Both the position numbers and the translations under genes were made by a program. The notes under the pieces were generated by a model. That model did not search any database. It was given only the letters and a program-made list of their open reading frames with translations, and had not been told where the DNA came from. Source: Octopus vulgaris (lineage: Eukaryota). Taken from it: DNA of 64,000 nt. Below are positions 57,698-64,000 of this stretch, in pieces. Each line of letters begins with the position of its first letter. Position 1 is the first letter of the stretch. The stretch covers positions 38,688,001 through 38,752,000 of the forward strand of contig OX597837.1 of assembly GCA_951406725.2 (NCBI GenBank), given 5' to 3'.

Positions 57698-58127
57698 CAT
57701 ACGTATATATATACATATATATATGTACATACACATATATATGTACATACATATATATATACATACATATATATATATGTATATATATACGTATACGCAA
57801 AGGCACACGTCTTAAATCATATGTGCGTGTACGTATATACACACATACACAGATATAAAAGCAAAAGTAATTATATATGCACGCGTGTCCCTGTCTTTAT
57901 GTTTTTGTGTCTAGGTGGGTGTGCATATATAAATAACTGCACCAATATGTTCAACATACACACAAAATATCGGATTCCCGACTGAGATGCATTTGTTTTA
58001 AGCAGGAAATAAATTTGATTTTTCGCTGTTCTTTCTCGATTCTTGTGTCTTGTAGTTAAAATTAATATCATTGTGTATTAGTATCTGCACCCCCACCCGA
58101 CACACACACAAAAGCACACATATATGA

Positions 58128-58230
<103 letters not shown>

Positions 58231-58390
58231 TTAGATAGATAGATAGAGATAGAGATAGATATATATATATATAGATAGATAGATAGAGATAGAGATATAT
58301 ATACATGCATAAAAATATATGTATGTTAATGTGTGTATATATGTAAACATGTATATACCTATAATCTATGTGTGTATATATATATATGTT

Positions 58391-58425
<35 letters not shown>

Positions 58426-58853
58426 GTGTATGCGTGTGGTAGGGGGTTTAATTCCCAGTTACCATGTTTCGCTGAGAAAATATATTTTCTTATCGCTTTA
58501 TTTCATCGTTTAACAAAGGAAATCACTTCGTAAACTATACATACATACATATATACATACATACATACATACATACATACATACATACATACATACATAC
58601 ATACATACATACATACATACATACATACATACATACATACATACATACATACATACATACATACATACATACATACATTTGATAGATAAGCATACGTATG
58701 TAAATACACATACATATATTTTGTGTATCATGCATATAGGTTTGTGTACGTATAAATATGTGAACATAGTTAATCCAAAAACACGAAGTAAAGAGCACAA
58801 GAAAAAAAAACAACGCGAGGACGTGGTACATTGCAAAGTATTAAAATATATGA

Positions 58854-58962
<109 letters not shown>

Positions 58963-59317
58963 CATACATACACACGTAGATAGATAGATATATGTTTGTA
59001 TATATAAATACAAGAATCACATACGAACATTTGTTTATCCAAACACACACACACACACACACACGCATTCATATACACATGCTTACCCCCACACACATAC
59101 ACACGCACTCGTCCATACACACATATATACACGCACACATTATCCTCACATACACACATATGCTTGCAAACACAGAGGTTACAGTTGTCTCCCTTGCCAT
59201 CGTTTTCTCCAACCACTTCCTTCCGGTCAATTCATCATGAGCAACCGTTAATCCAGAAACGTTTTTTTTTTTTTACTGTCTGCTTTTTCTTTTCTCTGCC
59301 TATTCTCTTCCCTCATT

Positions 59318-59354
59318 CTTTACTGTAGAAGAGGGAAAGCTCGAAACGTCGAAG
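59318..59354 (+). ncRNA. hammerhead-like motif, diverged family P1 copy 5
   Basis: CUUUA-CUGUAGA-A-GAG(GGAAAG)CUC-GAAA-CG-UC-GAAG; downstream sequence homologous to P1. Confidence 0.55.
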
Positions 59355-59613
59355 CTTCAAATTTTCCTAAGCGTCAAACTAATACACTTTGTTTGGTTCC
59401 CTCACCTACCTCTATTTTTTGTTTCTTGTACAATGTTGAACCACCTGTATATGTGTGTATGTGCGTACGTGCGTAGAAGTGTGTGTGTGTGTATGTATAC
59501 ACAAAGAGGGGGAGACATGGACAGACAGACAATTAGGCAGATAGACAGATAGACAGATAGGTAGGTAGATAGATAGATAGACAGATAGACAGACAGACAG
59601 ACAGACAGATAGA

Positions 59614-59725
<112 letters not shown>

Positions 59726-59729
59726 TAGA

Positions 59730-59862
<133 letters not shown>

Positions 59863-59941
59863 TGATTGATTGATTGATTGATTGATCGATTGATTAATTG
59901 ATTGATTGATTGATACATTGAAAGGCAGCGTACTTAGTGAT

Positions 59942-60080
59942 CACTCTTTTACTTGTTTCAGTCATTTGACTGCGGCCATGCTGGAGCACCGCCTTTAGTC
60001 GAAGAAATCGACCCCGGGACGTATTCTTTGTAAGCTTATTCTATCGGTCTCTTTTGCCGAACCGCTAAGTTACGGGGACA
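59942..60080 (-). mobile_element. SINE family B 3' fragment
   Basis: Tail near-identical to other B copies. Confidence 0.85.
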
Positions 60081-60450
60081 AAACCTTCTTTTCCGAATAA
60101 AGGAACATCATGTATTATAGCTTTTTGCTATAATACATTCAAATATACCTAAACTGAATGAGGATGGGTTTATGGTTTTGACCCTAACCCTAACCCCTTC
60201 CTATATCTATAAATAGAAACGAATCTTGTTTGTCTCCATTCAACCAAGAATAAAACCCCTCCCCACTGACAGATCTAAACAACAAAGTGAACGCAATGAT
60301 AAAATCTACAGTCGGAGAGTGAAGATATTACTATCATGTTCTTAAAAATGAAATCAACCTCTCTGTCTGTATATCTACCCTCTTTATAATGTTGGCAAAT
60401 GAAATAGGGATAAGAATGTGCATTGTCCGTTTGATTGGAAAATTCTATAT

Positions 60451-60536
60451 GTGGCTGAAGATTGTTCGACATTTTAAAACTGATGTAATACTTACAGTGT
60501 TTAATAAAATGAAGTAGTATGAAACAATTGTACCAC
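60451..60536 (+). ncRNA. type-I hammerhead motif, family P2 copy (element ~60195-60670)
   Basis: GUGG-CUGAAGA-..long stem..-GAAA-CAAUUG-UA-CCAC. Confidence 0.7.
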
Positions 60537-60664
60537 TCTACCTTGGATATCCTTGTTGCTTATTTTGATTATAATCATCCCATTTGATTTATATGGATAA
60601 TACCATACAAACTTCTGGTGCCTTTAACTTAAGTACCATATTCATCTGAATCTAAATTTTGCTG

Positions 60665-60709
<45 letters not shown>

Positions 60710-60712
<3 letters not shown>

Positions 60713-60848
60713 GACGGGATTCTTTCAGTTTCCGTCGACCAAATCCACTCATAAGGCTTAAGTCGGGCTGAGGCTATATTAGAAGACACTTGCCCAAGGT
60801 GTCACGCGGTGGGACTGAACCCAGAACCACACAGCCACTCCTGCGCCA
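60710..60848 (-). mobile_element. SINE family B 5' part
   Basis: 'GAAGACACTTGCCCAAGGTGTCACGCGGTGGGACTGAACCC..CACAGCCACTCCTGCGCC'. Confidence 0.8.
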
Positions 60849-60924
60849 AATAATATATATAAATGTCCTCAGCAGCACTGCAGGCATCGTGTCTTGCAAA
60901 TCGTTAAATGTGTAAATATTAACG

Positions 60925-61265
60925 ACGGTGATGATGGTGATGATGATGACGATGATGATGATGATGATGATGATGACGATGACGATGATGATGATGACGA
61001 TGATGACGAAGATGACGATGACGACGACGATGATGACGAAGATGACGATGACGACGATGATGATGATGATGATGGTGAGGATGATGATGATGATGACGAT
61101 GATGATGATGATGACGATGACGATGATGATGATGACGATGATGATGATGATGATGATGATGACGATGACGATGATGATGATGATGACGATGACGATGATG
61201 ATGATGACGATGATGACGAAGATGACGATGACGACGACGATGATGACGAAGATGACGATGACGAC

Positions 61266-61326
<61 letters not shown>

Positions 61327-61540
61327 TTGATGATAATGATGACGATGACGATGACGATGAGTGTGGGTTGGTGGTGGTGGCGGCGGCGGCGGCGGATGCG
61401 GATGCGGCGGCGGTGGCGGAGGCGGCAGTGGTGGTGACGTATTTTGGCTTTGAGGATGACATATGCTGCTGCTGCTGCTGCTACTACTACTACTACTACT
61501 ACCATTACACGAACAACCACTGCAGTTACTACTACTACCA

Positions 61541-61583
<43 letters not shown>

Positions 61584-61612
61584 CACTACCACTCCAACTG
61601 CTACCGCTGCTG

Positions 61613-61658
<46 letters not shown>

Positions 61659-61708
61659 CACTCCAACTGCTACTGCTACAAATACTACCACTCCAACTGC
61701 TACCGCTG

Positions 61709-61753
<45 letters not shown>

Positions 61754-61755
61754 AA
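60925..61755. repeat. compound trinucleotide microsatellite (GAT/GAC)n, (GGC)n, (CTA)n
   Basis: Direct reading. Confidence 0.95.
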
Positions 61756-62133
61756 GTGACTGCTTCCCCGCCACCCCCACCCCCACCCTCACCTTCTAAT
61801 AAACTTGATTGTAGTTTCAATTTGTTTGATCTGAATCTTGTCTGTCCTCCGGCTCTCAACATCGTTTGGACAGTCGTGGATGGTAATACACACACAACCA
61901 ATCAATACGCTACAAAATGTATACATATACACAGACATACATGGGTATACATCCATTTGGAGACAGTGTATGCGTATGTATGTATACATGTACACACACA
62001 CACACACGTGCGCATGAACGTCCTTGTGAGTATGTCTGCGTGCCTGCATGTGCGCATGCGTATATATGTTTGTGCGTGAATGTGTATGTACGTATATATA
62101 AACATATATAAACACACTCATACACACACACAG

Positions 62134-62191
<58 letters not shown>

Positions 62192-62665
62192 GTACTCACA
62201 CGTACATACGTATATTCTACATTCACACAAACATACATTCATAGATGTAAAGATACGTACTTACATAAATATTCACACGTATATGTACACATACATTCGT
62301 GTATACATACATATATACATACATACATATACACTTACACACATATACCCACACATACATACATACATACATACACACATACATACATACATACATACAC
62401 ACATACATACATACATACATACATACATACATACATACATACACACATACATACATACATACATACATACATACACACACATACATACATACATACATAC
62501 ATACATACATACATACATACATACATACACACATACATACATACACACATACATACATACATACATACATACACACATACATACATACATGCATACACAC
62601 ACACATACATACATACATACATACATACACACATACACACATACATACATACATACATACATACA

Positions 62666-62697
<32 letters not shown>

Positions 62698-63407
62698 CAC
62701 TTACACACATACGCCCACACAAACATACATACATATGTACGTAGATACATACATATAGACTTCCTCAAACATGCGCACATACAAACATACATACACGCAT
62801 GCATAGCTATATACATACAATGATAAACAACATATTCATATATGCATATATGCATATAGAATCATGCAGCCAAACATGCATACATACAGACAGACACGCA
62901 GACAGACATGCACACCGACGTACAGATACACGCACACACACACATGCACACACTTGTGTGTGTGTGTGTGCGTGTTTTAATATTAATACTTCACAAACGA
63001 ATCTCCTCTTTTACACAGTTTTTTTATTATTATTATTGAAAGGTGGGTGAATGTCGCAAGAATGGCCAGTATGAACGGACCAATTCTGAGGATACACCTG
63101 TGAAAAATTAAAAGGTAAATATAAAAGGAGAAAGGGGCTCTCTACCCCACTTTTAGACCAGGCTCCCGTGGCTTTTATGGGTTTTTCCACGAGTAACCTT
63201 TCGAAGCGCCTCCCCTATTGGGAATTTTAATTGTTACTTATTTTTCGTTTTTATCCTGCTTTTGTACATGGACCTTTTACAAACGGACAAAACCCTTTGT
63301 AACTTTCGTCCTGTGTTTTGTCCCTTTATGTTTTAATTGATTTTTGTTAGCCCTTGTGGCCAATAAACGAACGAATTATTATTATTATAATTATTATTAT
63401 TATTATA

Positions 63408-63455
<48 letters not shown>

Positions 63456-64000
63456 ACTATTATTATGTGAGAGAGCAGAGCATGCCATCAAAGTGACACC
63501 GGTGTACATACATACGAAGCGCAATGTACCCATCATGATTACCCGTCTGATAAGGTTTCACCAGGTGCATACATTACAATCGTATGTACACGACATGGTG
63601 ATCTCATATCAAGAAAAACAGCGTACGACCTTACAGTTGAGCCCAGTTAGAAGCTCATCCCGCTCAAAAGGTTCCTGAATAAGGGTTGTTTAAGAATGAT
63701 AAACGAAACACTCATGTTTTTAGGGGTGAATCATTCAAAGCCTAAAGAGTAATCTGTACATGAGATCCTAGAATTCAGGCTTCGATTCTGTTGGGATATC
63801 CCTTATGTATTTGCAGTAATATTGTGATTTCTGGAAGAATGATTTTCCAATGCAACTGTTTCCTGTTACGACAAAATATACATGCTTTCGGAATTTCTTC
63901 TAAGCGAACTTTCGCAAATGTTTTGTAATGTGCATATTTTCAGATAATCACAAGTTACTTTAATTCATCTCGTTAAATTATGTGAGTAATCTGTTAACGA

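Noticed and set aside
60181-60196. Telomeric (CCCTAA)n
   Set aside because: Fewer than three units; not an array
63465-63740. Repeat-like sequence next to (TTA)n, possibly a LINE/SINE 3' end
   Set aside because: Single copy in this window and no diagnostic motif; cannot classify without a search

Overview
AT-rich, extremely microsatellite-dense metazoan genomic DNA ((TA)n, (CA)n, (GATA)n, (TATG)n, (GAT)n, (TAA)n, (CCA)n). The SINE families and repeat landscape point to a coleoid cephalopod, probably Octopus (inference). It is intronic or intergenic. I see no intact host gene, and almost all ORFs in the track are microsatellite read-through. Recognisable content: three tRNA-derived SINE families, 3' fragments of RTE, CR1-group and R4/Dong LINEs, a mariner transposase relic, two piggyBac-type MITEs and two non-autonomous Helitrons. 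The main hidden signal is about 18 minimal type-I hammerhead-ribozyme (HHR) motifs from about 10 unrelated short repeat families (Penelope-like pLTR / retrozyme-like). These mostly sit in (TA)n tracts and often form fold-back palindromes. Nearly all carry a palindrome in place of helix III, and several carry non-canonical cores (U3-A8, A6U plus an extra A, U4C). Also present: a ~1.2 kb inverted duplication, a LINE/SINE pair with a shared 3' tail, motif-rich unique islands and a weak minus-strand first coding exon candidate (MDFDELQ). All calls were made by eye; repeat boundaries are approximate.
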